Source: the human T2T-CHM13v2.0 reference genome, Homo sapiens. From it: DNA of 64,000 nucleotides. The position numbers and the translations under genes are program-made. Positions 44,101 through 58,690 of this stretch are shown in pieces (the stretch's first letter is position 1; every line of letters starts with the position of its first letter). Location: assembly GCF_009914755.1 (NCBI RefSeq), contig NC_060925.1; one strand, given 5' to 3'. The notes below the pieces were generated by a model. It did no database searches and was not told the origin of the DNA. It worked only from the letters and a program-made list of their open reading frames with translations.

Positions 44101-46476
44101 TTGGGTTAGCTGAGGCCTTCTCCTGCTCCCCAGAAGTCAACAGGAGGAAGGTGACGGGTTCTGTACCCCTAGGAGGGAGAGTGATTCCAGGCCTCCCAAT
44201 CAAGATCCTTGTTGTTTGTATTTCCTAATCCCTTCTCCCAGAGATGCCAAATGCTGGGACCTCGAGTGGGATTTTCATTAGCATTCAAGTCACAGGCCAC
44301 TGGAGCACAAGCAGAGCAACCTTCCAGGTTTCCGGGGGATACAGTGGTTCTGGAAGACACTTAGACAAGGCAGGGAGAGAGAGGCAGGTGGTGGAGGCTC
44401 AATCTTCTGAGCTTGGTGTCCATGTGCGCTGGGGATGGCACTTCATTGCTTGGAGCCTCCGTTTCTCATCTGTACAATGGGGGTGACAAATCTCCAACAT
44501 CATAGCACTGTTAGAACAAAGGTGCCCAAGCAGGACGTCCCTCCCAGAGCTTAGTACTTCTTTCTGTCTGGGATCACGGGCAGCTGGGGTTAAGAGCAAA
44601 TGGGTATTAAGTCTCTGTTAATACCCCACTCCCACTGCTGCTGCACTGATGAGGATCTGTGGTGCTGAGATTTTCCCACCTTTGCAAATATTGTTACTGC
44701 TGAGCTGAATGCTCTTCTCCTCAGGTGTTGCCTCTTCAAGGTCACTTTTGCAGAAAGGCCTTTTCTGCCCACAGTCCCTAAAGTGATCCCTCTGAGGACC
44801 GATCTCAGCCCTTGTCCGTCTCCTTCGTGACCCATCGCGAGGTGTGTGTGTCATTTCCATCTGTCTATTGCTTCTTTCCCTCCTTCTCTCACCCACTAGA
44901 CTATCAGCTCCCTGAGGTCAGGGCCTGTGTCTCCTCAGTCCTCACTGGTCCCCAGCCCCAGCACATAACCAGAACCGAGCAGTCTATGTGGAACAACCAT
45001 TGCAGATTTCAGAATGTTCTCTCAGACTTTGGCAACAAATTCTAACTGTGGGATCCAGCGGACCAGGGGATCCATATAGAACCAAAGACAGAAGCATGTT
45101 TAGTCCTCTCTGCCCTGAGCAAGGCCTCAGTTTCCCTAGCTGTAAAATGAAATGATAAAGAGACTAACTTTTTCTCTAAAGTCCTTCGAGCCCTAAAAGA
45201 CTCTAAGTCGGCACAGGAAGTGGGAGAAAATTGTATTGAATGGTATTGCCTCTTGGATTGAAAAAAAACAACTTCTGCTAGGAATCTCTCTTGCTCTGTC
45301 ACTTTCTCCACTGGCCTGGAAAAAAAACTGCCCTGCACAGGCCCAGGCCTGCAGAACCCACACTGAAAAAGTTCACAGGTGCCCTCCTGCCCTGGGCCCG
45401 GGTAAAGGGGCCCTGAAAGGTGTGTGGCAGCTGCATCCCCGGGGGGTCCGGGGGTTTGTTGCCTTAACCGAGCTCACCAAGCAGGTAAAAAATTCCAGAC
45501 ATGTTCTCTGCTGACAGCTAATTGTGTCCTTTATTAATGACCATGGCTTTCTTGGGGCAGGTGGGAGGAGGGAGGAGGCCAGTCTCAGCCCGGAGGGGCT
45601 CCCTCAGGTGCAGCTGATGACCACATTTCTGGATCCCATAGAAGGGGAAGTGCTACATGAGGTGACCCTGAAAAAGCACCCTCCCTTCTGGAGGGGGAGG
45701 GGGCTTTCCCAGGCTCCCCAAATCCCAGCAGGGGTGGCCAGTACCAGACACCGACAGAATGATGTAGGGATTTAGGAATCTGAGGGCCAGGGTTCTGGGC
45801 CCTAAGTTCTTCTCTGAGAACACAGCCAACAAGGTACAGTGGATGGCCTGAACAGGGGACCCGCACGTGGGGCGGTTTGGGAGATGCTCCCCAGCTCCGC
45901 CAGGTCCATCTCACCCTCACGGTACCAGGACTGGGCCTGCCAGGCCTTACCTCGGTGGCCCACTACACCACCTGTCAATACAGCAGCCAGATGTGCGGGA
46001 GGGGCCTGGGCCTGGCCCTGCCAGATGTGTCAAGCTTTGCAAACACATCCGACTTCCCCTCGGGCACATCGTGATTATTGTTTAACACTCGCTATTCCTG
46101 CATCTGTGAGTCCCAGGGATTACAGGCTGGGAGGCTGCAGCCTGATGAGCCCACTGGCAGTGATAGTCTCCAGCTGGGGAGAAGGGGATACTCTATCGGT
46201 CCCCATTTTCTCAGGAGGGTGAGGGATGTGGCATGAACCCCAAATATAGATGAGGAGATGAGGCCCGGAGAGAGGCTCAGGGAAGAACTGATGGAACCAG
46301 GACTTGAACCAGGCAGGAGAAACGGCGCATGCACAGGCCCTGAGGCTAGCAGAAGGCTGGTGTTCTCAGGGCAGCCAAGAGGTCAGTGTGGCTCAGCTGG
46401 AGTGGGCAAGAGGCCAGGCGGGTGGAGGGGAGTTCAGAGAGGAAAAAGGAAGCTTTGTAGGCTATTGTTTTGTGGG

Positions 46477-46814
<338 letters not shown>

Positions 46815-48566
46815 TGAGATGGAAACTGTTGGAGGCCTTTGGGCGACATGAGCTGATGGCTGTTCTGCAGGATCCTGGCTGCTGTGGAAGGCTGAATGCA
46901 GCTGGAGGAGGGCAAGGACATGGGAGAGCAAGGGAGAAAGCCAGGAAGCCAGTTAGGCTTTTGCCGTGATGTGAGGATGCTCCCACTCCTCTGCCCCTTC
47001 TCTTCCCTCCAATGTGGGCATCAGCATAGCTGGGCTGCAACCCCAGCTCTGCTGGCCACTCATTTATTGTGTGACCTTAGGCAAGTCCCTGTCCCTGTCT
47101 GGGTCATGTATTTTGTAGTCATAAAATAAGGAACTTAGCCCAGAAGATCGTGAAGATTCTGCTGACTTCCAATGTCTGAGACCCTGCCTTACTCTCCAGC
47201 CTCATCTCCTTCCTCTCCTGGCCTTGAACCTCACGTGCTAGCAACCCTGAACTATTTGTAGCTCTCTGCACGCACACCATGCTGTTTCACGCCTCTGTGC
47301 CTTTGCACACTCCCTCTCCCTGCAACACCCTGTCCCAGCAGCAGCCCTGCACACAGATGGCCTGTGTTCTTCAGCAGGTCTCCAGCTTGGGGGCATCTCC
47401 TCCAGAGGTTGACCCACTCCCCTTTCTCAGTGCCCTGAGCACTTTTACAGACCACACACTGATTTTCAGAAGACAATAGAATGAAGAGGCTGTGGAGTCA
47501 GAGCTGGCCTCAAATTCCAGCTACCTATCTGGAGTTGTTCATGTTTTTGAGCCTCCATGTCCTCGTCTGTGAAACAGAGATCATCATATTCTTCCTCCCA
47601 GAGTCAAGGTGAAGATGCAGCAACATTGTTAAGCACCTACCCCAGTGCCTAGCACGTGGTAGCCAGGATTTTTGAAGTCAGATTCTAGCTACAGAGAAAG
47701 AGCCATTGAATGAATGGGAGAGGGTTACCCTGTATAGTGTGGCCCCAGATTCCCAGAAGAGTTCCAGCTCGGACCCCAGGACAACCTCCCAGCAGCCCAT
47801 TTTGGGGAGGGGGTTCCTGCCCACCCCTCCTGTCACCAGCTCCTCCTGATATCAGGGCTTGGTCAACGCTGCCTGCCGGCAGCCACACAACACTTGGAAA
47901 TGTCCTTCCTTAATTGCTTCACCAGAGTGGGGAGCCACCCTGCAGGCAGATAATTAAAAAGTTCAGAGCTTGATTAATTGGGAGGAAATTGGAGGAATGG
48001 GGCTGCCTGCTGGGAGGGCGGGAGCTCTCAGCCCCCACTGTGGGGAAGCTGGGATATCATGAAGGGAGGCCAGACCTGGGGCTGGGGGCAATGCGGGGGT
48101 CCAGGGGCTGGGAGAGCCAGGCCATGAAACACCCTCACCAGCTCACCAGCCTTTACAGACTGTGGGGTTCAGTGTCTGGCTCCCCTGGGAGACTGTGAGC
48201 TCCCCCTACAACTGGGGAACACACAGCAGTCATGAAAGTCTCGGTTGCTCCGGCCTTGGGGCCAGGGGACCTTGCAGCCTGTCACTCAGAGAGCCGTTAT
48301 GGAGCATCTGCTCTGTGCCAGCTCTGTACCAGGCAGTCAGCAGGGCAGGTGCAGTGGCTGCCCTCATGGAGCTCACAGCTGGTAGGAGGAGGGGAGATGG
48401 GAGGTGGAGAGACAGATGTTAATCAAATGCCAGGGACAAAGGTAGGATGCCTTGAGAGCCTGTCACCAGGGGCTCCAGGAGGAGCTCAGAGGATTCCAGA
48501 GGCCTCGAGCAAAATCTCCAGTCCACACACAAGTTGAATGAGCTTAAGCACAAGATTCCGCCTTTC

Positions 48567-48833
48567 GGCCGGGCACGGTGGCTCATGCCTGTAATCCCAG
48601 CACTTTGGGAGGCCAAGGCGGGCAGATCACGAGGTCAGGAGATCGAAACCATCCTGGCTAACACAGTGAAATCCCGTCTCTACTAAAAATATGATAAAAA
48701 ATTAGCCGGGTGTGGTGGCGGACGCCTGTAGTCCCAGCTACTCAGGAGGCTGAGCCAGGAGAATGGCGTGAACTTGGGAGGCGGAGCTTGCAGTGAGCCA
48801 AGATCGCGCCGCTGCACTCCAGCCTGGGCGACA
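48567..48833 (+). mobile_element. Alu (Y-like) lacking its 3' end and poly-A tail
   Basis: AluY diagnostics present; similarity stops at ctgggcgaca. Confidence 0.93.
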
Positions 48834-49725
48834 AACAATTCCTGAAGCCTCTATCGATCACCTCTCAGCCAGACACTGGGGCTGGTGCCAGACCTCGGGG
48901 TTACCCACCATCACTGTCACTGTGCTCACAGCCTCCTAGGAGAGGCAGACAGTCACCATCCTGTATACTCATGCAGTGGCAGAGGTACAGTGCCAGGCAC
49001 TCCTGGAGCACAGAAGAGCACCCCCAGACCCAGCCCTGGCAGGGGACATCCTAGAAAAGGACCAACAGTTGATTCGGGCTGGAGTGAGATTTGAAGAAGG
49101 ACAAGAAGGAGCTGGGTGGGAGCTGGGACAGCATATGAGGCAGAGGGAACTGCCTGAGCAAAGGCCCAGAGGCGAGACCAAGCACAGCTTGTTCCAGGAA
49201 CTGGCAGTGCCTGCGGTGGCTGGAGCTCAAGGTGTGACTGGGAGCATGAGGGAGCTGAAGCTGGCCAGGTGGACCGTGGAAGGGGAGGCTGAAGCAGGCC
49301 GGACTCTCCCTGGGCATGAGGGAGCCACCGAAGGGTCCTGAGCAGAGGAGTGACTCAACAGATGGCAGGGGTGGGGGCCTGGCTGGCGAGGCCTGGGTGC
49401 CCCCTTGGGCAAAGGGGAGGCATGCTCATGCAGCTACCCACCTCAGCCTTGTCCTGTCAGCTGCTGGCTGGGTTCCACAAAGCCGGGTCCCAGCAGGGGC
49501 AGACAGGAGGAACCTGGGCATTGGGGCAGGATGACTGACAGCCCCTGGGTGGTCCCAGTGGGAGCTACCGGCCCTGAGGCACTTGCTGGACTTAAGCTGT
49601 CTTGTCTAGGAAGGGGGAAGATGGAGGAAGGGAAGGAGTAAACGGGCAAGAAGGGAAACCCTTCATCAAGTGGGAAGGAGCTCCAGGGACCTTAAGGATG
49701 GGGGTTTTAGAAAGAACATGGACTA

Positions 49726-50026
<301 letters not shown>

Positions 50027-52084
50027 TTAAGAACATGGACTGTGGAGGCACATGTTCTGACCCTAAGTCTCTATGTGATTTGGACAGAGTGCTTCCTTTC
50101 TGTGAGCCTCAGTTTCCTCATCTCTAAAATGGGAATAACACCTCCCATTGCACAGGGTGGTCCAAGGAGGCCATGGACCAGGGAGGCTCCTGGCCCAGCA
50201 CTGGGCACATCCTAGGCACACAGTGCTTAGAAGCACCTCCTCTCCATCTCAGGAGGTAGCTGCCTACTTTCAGTGCAGCTTTGCCCACAGTACGGAGGAG
50301 GACCAGGCATCATGCCCAGCCCAGCCCAGCCCAGAGGGACTGACTCTGCTGGGTTAACCTTACAGCAAAAGCAGGAAGCAGGCAAAATATAAAAGCCACT
50401 TTGCATGAGGCAGACCCCAAAACCCCACCCACTCAACCCAGCAAGCCCAGCCCTGCCCTACACATGGCACAAACCCCTGAAAATATGCAAATCAGTCTTT
50501 CCACAGTTCAAAGAGAATGTAAGAGCCCAGCACTGGGTGTCTGAGCCACCCACAGCTGGAGTCCCAAGCTGGAAGAAGCCCTAGAGGGGGTGCCAGGCAG
50601 CGCCTTCCTTGGATTGTGGATTGAATGATTGGATTGAATTGTGTGTATCAATCCGTTCAAATCCAGTAGAGCTGAGGCCCAGAGTGGGCAGGAAGTAGCC
50701 TGGGTTCACAGAGCAAATGGCAGTGAAGCCGCCAGCCCCCCTACTCTGGGACCAAGACTCTTTTCTCCATCCAGTCAAACTCCTCTCCCCAACTGAAACC
50801 CAGAACTGACTTCCTAGAGATTCCAAGGCAGGAAAGCGAGCTGGCTGCACTTCAAACCTGCCACTGCTGACCCCAGAACCCGCTCCCTGGCCCCTCTGCC
50901 CACAGCAGCCAGCAGGTAAGCCTGGTTCAAGGAAGGCATCTCAGCCCCCTGCTTAGTCATGGTCTCTTATGTTCCAGGGCTGAGGCTTTTTGTTTCAAAG
51001 TCCCAGTACCTGGCACCTACTGGGGACTCAGTAAATGCCTGTAGAATAAATTTACAACTCACTGTCTCCCTAACTAGACCTGAACTTCTGAAGACAAGGA
51101 CTATGTCTTCTTTATCTCAGTATTATCTCCAGTGCTTAGCACATAGCAAATGGAGGCCAAGAATAAATGAATATAATAATAGCCAACACTTACATAGCAC
51201 TTAACATGAGCCAGACAGACACTGTTATGGGTGCTTTACTTTCATTAACTTGTTTAATCTTCCCAACAAATATAATCAATATTATTATTCCCATTGTACA
51301 GACAAGAAACTTAGGCACAGAGAGGTTAGGTAACTTGCTCATGGTCACACAGTTAATGAGAGGCAGGACTGGAATTAAGCCCTGGCCGTAGCTCCACAGT
51401 CCATGCCCAGGTTCAATTTCATCAGACCTCCTGCTCAGGTCTGGGGAGTAGGAACTCAACCCCAGGGTGCAGACCTTTTCAGATGCCACCTCTACCCAGA
51501 GCCACAGACAGCGCCCTCTGGTCTACAGAACCCCAAGGAAGACAGAGATGCTCCTTCCAAGCCTCGGCAGCCTGACACACTGGGCCTGACCCAGCGATTG
51601 ACTCTGAGGTGGCATCAGTTGTCTTTGGGATTAAGCCAGAGTCCCTGGGAGGAGAGGGGGGAGCAGAGGCAGCAGGCCAGCCATTGAGATTTTGAGGATC
51701 ACCTGATGCCAATTAACAGCCCCACCGTGCCAGGCCCAGATGGAGTCCTGCCTCGGCCTGACTCAGGGCTCACTTGGTCAATTATCACCTATCCCCAGAG
51801 CCCAGGGGCAGGCGGGGAGAAAATCTGTTTCCCTGTAATCCTCCCTCCTTTCTTCGGCTTGCTGCCATCCTGCCCTGGGTTGCCTGGCCAAGGGCTCTGG
51901 GCGATTGCAGAAGGCCGGCGCTGGCTGGCTGCTTCGAGCCCTGAGTCCTGAGTTTGAGGACCAGGCGTTACTTCTGCCCTTCTGAGAGGCTCCAGCAAAT
52001 CCCGTCCCCTCGGCAGGCCTGACAAGATGGTGTCCAGCTGTGACACTCACCACTCACTAATTTCTGGGACCAGTAGTATTTGGA

Positions 52085-52400
52085 CACAAGCTGTTCTGGA
52101 TCACGAAGATCTGAGGTCAACCCCAGCTGTGCCATTGACTTGCTATGTGACCTTAGGGCGGTCACTTCACTCTCCCTGAGCCTCAGTTTCCTTATCTGTA
52201 AAATGGGAATGATAATGGTACCTAGTTGGGTGGGTGCTTTGTGGAATAAGTGAAAGAATCCATGTAAGACACAGCACTGGGCCTGCCACCTGGAAAGTAC
52301 CTAATGGAATTATTTTTGTCATTCCATGCTGGATGAGTAATAATAGCCATTTACATGGCACTTACCTTGTGTTCTAAGTGCTTTGTGTATATCAATCCAT
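52085..52400. mobile_element. MIR (+) followed by a reverse MIR fragment
   Basis: gctatgtgaccttaggg...ctgagcctcagtttccttatctgtaaaatgggaatgataatggtaccta; then aataatagccatttac...ctaagtgctttg. Confidence 0.75.
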
Positions 52401-52609
52401 TCAAATCCACAGCCCCTCCCCTCAAGTCACTCACTGTCCAACCAGGGAGATAGACCTGCCTTCATTCAGCAAAACTAAATTGGCTGAACACCTACCATGT
52501 GCCAAGTCCTGGGATAGGTGCTGGGGATGCAGAAGTGAAAGACTCAGCCCCTACCCCAACCAAGGTTCACCAACCAGTGGGCAGAACAAAATCACGTGCC
52601 ATGTAAGTC

Positions 52610-52797
52610 CAGTGGTGGTCTGGAGCTTGACTTGCAAGAGCCGACTGTGCACATTCTTTCCCAAGTCAGGGTTTAATGATCTCAAGTTGGTACCTTGGCA
52701 TTTGCTCTGGTGGGAGTATTTACACCACACAAATTGGCAAACACAACCAATCAGGGCTTCTTTTCCCCTCAACTGCCAGTTTAATAGCACACCACTG
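52610..52797 (+). mobile_element. MER63A (hAT-Blackjack MITE)
   Basis: Terminal inverted repeats CAGTGGTG...CACCACTG; internal ggtgggagtatttacaccac.caaattggcaaac...aatcagggctt. Confidence 0.8.
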
Positions 52798-53299
52798 CAT
52801 ATGGAGCATGTCTTGGGTGCTACAGCGGAGATGTGAGCTGGCGCTGTAGGAGAATGGAGGGCAGGCCGCCTAAAAGTGGGCACACACATCAGACTCACCA
52901 ATCCAAGGGGCCAGGGAGATGAAGGAGAAGGGCATTCGGGCAAAGGGACCAGCATATGTGGCCCGATGTCCAGGGAGCTGCAAGCAGATGAGAGAGGTGA
53001 CAGATGGGGCTGGAGAGCTTACAGTAGGATGGTCAATCCTCCCAGTTTGCCCAAGACTAAGGGAGTTTCTGGGATACAGGACTTGCAGTTTGAAAACCGA
53101 GATGCTTTGGTCAGTACCCTGTTCAACAGGTCCCTGGGAAGACCATGGGGAGAACAAATGGGAGGCAGAGAGGAATGTGAGCCTGATGATGGGCTGGCAA
53201 GATCGGGATGACTCTGGTGGTACCCAGACAGGCACAGACTCAGCTAAATATTTTCTCACCCACCTTCTCATCTGATTGTGATGGTACCTTGTAAGAGGC

Positions 53300-53920
53300 A
53301 CATTGATTCAATCAACCTGTACACATCAAGTGCCTACGACCGGCCCGCGGCTCTGCTAGGGGCTGGAGAAACAATGAAAGCCAGACAGACCCGGCTCCTC
53401 CTCCCCTTTCCAGGTACTTTCAGTGCATGAAAAAACACAACACACAAGTTTACAAACCGTTTTCTAATATAATTACAAATTGTGATGAGGGTCAGTAAAG
53501 GAAACTGAGACTGAGACAGAACACAGCAAGAGACAATTGCTTTAGCCAGGGTGGTCAGGGTGGGCCTCTCGGAGGAGGTGGCATTTAAGCTGGGGTCTGA
53601 AGGAGGAAAAGGAGCCAGCGACGGGAAGAGCAGGGAAAGCATTCCGGGCAGAGGGAACAGCTTGGCCAAAGGCCTGGAGGTGAGAGCGCATTCGATGACC
53701 ACAGGCAGGAGCGCAGTGAGTGAGAGGAGGAGGGGGAAGCGTCCAGGAGACCATCAGGACCAACCTCACAGGCCTTGTAGCCAGGCTAGGCATGTGGGTC
53801 TATTCTAAGTGCAGTGGGGATAAATGGTGCACGAGGGAGTTTAGACAAGATGCCGCAGGTCTGATTCATTTTAAACAGATCACTCCAGGGACTGTGGAAG
53901 ATTGGCAGAGAGGCCACAGT
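53300..53920 (-). mobile_element. L2 LINE fragment
   Basis: gggtggtcagggtgggcctctcggaggaggtggcatttaagctggggtctgaagga...gcattccgggcagagggaacagc..ggccaaaggcctggagg. Confidence 0.75.
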
Positions 53921-54448
53921 GGAGCAGAGACCCATTCGATGGCTCTCTCTGTCATTATTCCATGCAGGGATCATCAGCCCCCTTTCCAGATGAGGAGACT
54001 GAGTTTCAAAGGGGAGGAGGCCTTCCCAAGCCCACACGCCCGTCAGAGGTACAACTGCCTTCCTGTGTTTCAGGTCTCATTGTCTTCTTCCCACTTCTGC
54101 ACGTGACATGCAGGTGCCAGCAGGACAGGTTCCCTTCCCACCCAGAAGTTGGGAGTGGTGTGGCCCCCCGGGCACTGTGGGCAGTGGCCACCCAGACCTC
54201 TCAGAGGTAGCTGATGGGAGCTGAGGCCCCAGTGCACCCCACAGTCACACAGTAGACTTGGGATCAGAATTGGCCTCTGCTACTGAAGAGCTATGTCTGT
54301 CTGTTCCTCTCTGGGCCTCAGTTTCCTCAAATGTCAACTAAGGGGGTGGGGCTCGATCCCCTTCCAGCCCCTCATTCATCCACCCATCACCCACTAGAAA
54401 CCCAGCATTATACTGGGAGTTTACAGTCCAGCCAGGTAGACACATTCA

Positions 54449-54682
<234 letters not shown>

Positions 54683-54944
54683 CTAGAAGAGATGATGTCT
54701 TAAAGGGGTCTAGGAGTTTGCCTGATGGTGAAGGGAAGGCATTCTAAGCAATGAGGGCAGATGGACAAAAGCCAGGGGTGTGGGGTGGGCCTGGTGGGGG
54801 GGGGGGTATTGTACCTAGGTGAGTGTGAGAGAGCACCAGACACTGAGGTAGGAGTGGTGGGCAAGTACCAGCCCCCTGGGGCCCAGGGGCCCTGCAGAGT
54901 TTGGGCTTCCCATGTCTGCTTGGGGAGCTGATGTGGACATTTTA

Positions 54945-55645
<701 letters not shown>

Positions 55646-56765
55646 TTTTTAAGACTTGGAAAGGTCTGCACTCCAGAGAGCTAGTTTGGAGAGTGGGTGG
55701 GTGGGAGGAGGCCAGATGGCGTGAGAGGCTGAGGAGTGGGTGGAAAGAGCTTTCTAGATGCTGGCAGCGGGGGGAGCGGCCAAGACCAGACCAGAGACTG
55801 CTGAGGAGGGAAGACCTAGTAATTGATTGGCTGTGGGGGGACAGGGTGGAGAGTGATGCCACTTCCCAGGGCAGAGAAGAGTGAGTTTCATGAAGCAGTG
55901 CCATAGATACAGAAATGATACAGTGCCCGGTGGTGGGGGTCGAACCTGGCCAGGCAACAGAGCAAATGAAGGGCGGCTTAGGGCAGGGGCAGCCTGGGGA
56001 GTCTGAGAGGGAGCCAGGACACTGCAAGGGGGAGAGGGCAGCCAGAAAGGCAGTCCAGATGGAGAGGCTGGCACCGCACAGAGGGGAGAGAGAGCAGCCA
56101 CCCACTGGCGGCCCCCCCGGGAATGCCCCGCAGATGGAGGAGGGATGCTGAGCTGGGCAGGCTGTCTCCAGAGAGGGAGCAGGAGGAGCCTGATCTTGGG
56201 GCCAAAACCCTTTGGCATCTCTAAGGATGGTTCTAGACCTTCCTGGAAGCCTTGTGCCCCCATTCTGCAGAGGAGGAAACCCGTTCAGAGAGGCCGACTG
56301 CTCGACCAGAGCTGGGGCTGCAGCCTGCATGTCCTGACTGCCCAGAAGCTCTGGGCAGTGCCAAGATGGTGAGGCTGCCCCTTCATCCAGCCATCAGGGA
56401 AAGGTCGGTGCCCAAGAGGAAGGCGAGAGGGAGGGCAGGACGACTCAGGGGACCCAGACCCAGTGCAGTAATCCTCATGATTACTTTATGTGGTAGATGC
56501 TCTTACCAATGAGAACAATGTAGCTCAGAGAGGTCAAATAACTTGTCTAAGGTCTCTCAGCAAATTGCTTTTGAACCAGATGGCTTAGTACTGCCAGGAA
56601 CTGTTACAAGTGTTTTTACATAAGTTAAGCAATATAAACTGACAACAACTCTAGGAGGTAGATACTGTTGTCCCATTTTACAGATAAGGAAACAGTTTAA
56701 GTGACTTCCCCGAGGCCACACTGCTCACACAGGTGGGTCTGGGTTTGCCAGCAGCCTGCACACTA

Positions 56766-57008
<243 letters not shown>

Positions 57009-58422
57009 GAAGTATTTACAGAGCACTTGCTGGGTGCAGATTCTAAGCTAGGCACAGGACAAGCAGCTGTGAGTCAGACATGGCTCTGATCCTGGGGGAG
57101 TTGAGAGCATGGCCAGGAGACCCCCAGAAAAATAATTTTGGTGGGTAAGTAAAGCACTCTGAACCCAAGCAATGTTCTGGGCCCCAAGAAAGGCAGGGTC
57201 TCTGAGGCCAGAGCTGGTTGAGGGTTGAGGGAGGGTGGTTTGCTAAGACTTGGACTGGGAAGATAAGCCTTGAAGACTAGAGCTGGAAAAAATGAACTAG
57301 GGAAATTTATGTTAATTGTTTACATACACAGAAACTAATGTCCAGAGAAGCTGAGTCACTTGCTGAAGAACCCACAGCACCCAGGCATAAAATGTACTCC
57401 CGGTGAGGGCCTGGGGGCCTGTGGATGGTTTAGCTGCATTTCATCCCAAGGAGATGAAATGTTTGTTGCAAAGCTGTTTCCTGTCCACCCACTTACCCAT
57501 TGCACAATCTCTTCCAGGTATCATAGCAGAGCTGGGTTCATGAACCCAGCAGGCTGAAGCTGGGAGAGGGGCAGGGCCTAGACCCTCAGCCTCCTGATTC
57601 TCAGCCCAGGGCCAGCAAGAAGAGGAAGGTGGATTTGAATATGTGTGCACACAAGGCAGTTGCCTCTTATAGGCCCTAACCTCATACTCAGAGCTACAGT
57701 GGGGGTGGACTCCATATCAGGGATGATGGCCACAGCCCATGGGAGAAGCCAAATGAGGGCCGAGTGCAAGCAGTGCCCTCCTTAGGCTGGCCCTGGTACT
57801 GCAGGCCCGCCTTTTATTAATATTTTAATAAATTGATCACATATTCATTGGGCACCTATACTGTGCAAGGCCTTGTGCCATGGGCCTTACGCTTAAGCAG
57901 AATACTCACAATGACCCTGCAGAGATGGGCCTTAGAATCCTAATTTTACAAATAAGAAAACTGAGTCTGAGTAGTTAAGCAGCTTGTCTGGGGCTGCACA
58001 GCTAGTAAAAGGCCTAGCCAGTACTCAAAGCCAGGTCGGTCTTATTCCAAAAGTAGTGTCCTCCTCTATTCTACCACATCACCTCTCTACACTGCCCTAG
58101 GACTTTTCTTCTGCCGTATAATCATCTTAATTGTCTGTAACCCAAGGATCTAGTTCTAAGAATCAGGGCCCAGCCAGACATTATTAAGCAAGACCAGGAC
58201 CCATGCACACTGCCCCAGACATCTTCAGATGTGCCTCCTAACTAGGTCAGGATTGATTCTAGAGACCATGACACAGCCAAGCTGGGATAGGTGAGGGAAG
58301 ATTGCTGGGAGCCCTAGACAGCTCACGGACAAGAAACTAGGGAGCCCTGACAGAATTAGAACTCCCACGTTGGGGCCTGGAGACTTCAAACCCTTCAAGA
58401 GATGAGATTTTCCAGCAGTGGT

Positions 58423-58474
58423 GCTGCATGGCCCCTCCGCGAGGCTGTGTGGCCCCTCCGTGAGGCTGCGTGGC
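58423..58474. repeat. 21-bp tandem repeat x2.5
   Basis: gctgcatggcccctccgcgag | gctgtgtggcccctccgtgag | gctgcgtggc. Confidence 0.9.
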
Positions 58475-58534
58475 TCGTGACCTCTCTGAGTCTTCATCCA
58501 GTTTCCTGGTGACTCTCCTTGTCTTCTCTCTCAG

Positions 58535-58690
58535 GTTGTCCATCTGGGACTTTCAAGGCCAACCAAGGGGATGAGGCCTGTACCCACTGTCCCATCAACA
58601 GCCGGACCACTTCTGAAGGGGCCACCAACTGTGTCTGCCGCAATGGCTACTACAGAGCAGACCTGGACCCCCTGGACATGCCCTGCACAA
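58535..58690 (+). CDS. EPHB2: EPHB2 coding exon 4 (156 nt, phase 1-1), Cys-rich/EGF-like ectodomain segment
   Basis: Translates (G)CPSGTFKANQGDEACTHCPINSRTTSEGATNCVCRNGYYRADLDPLDMPCT(T), recognised as EphB2. Flanked by a cag acceptor and a GTAAGT donor at 58691. Confidence 0.98.
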
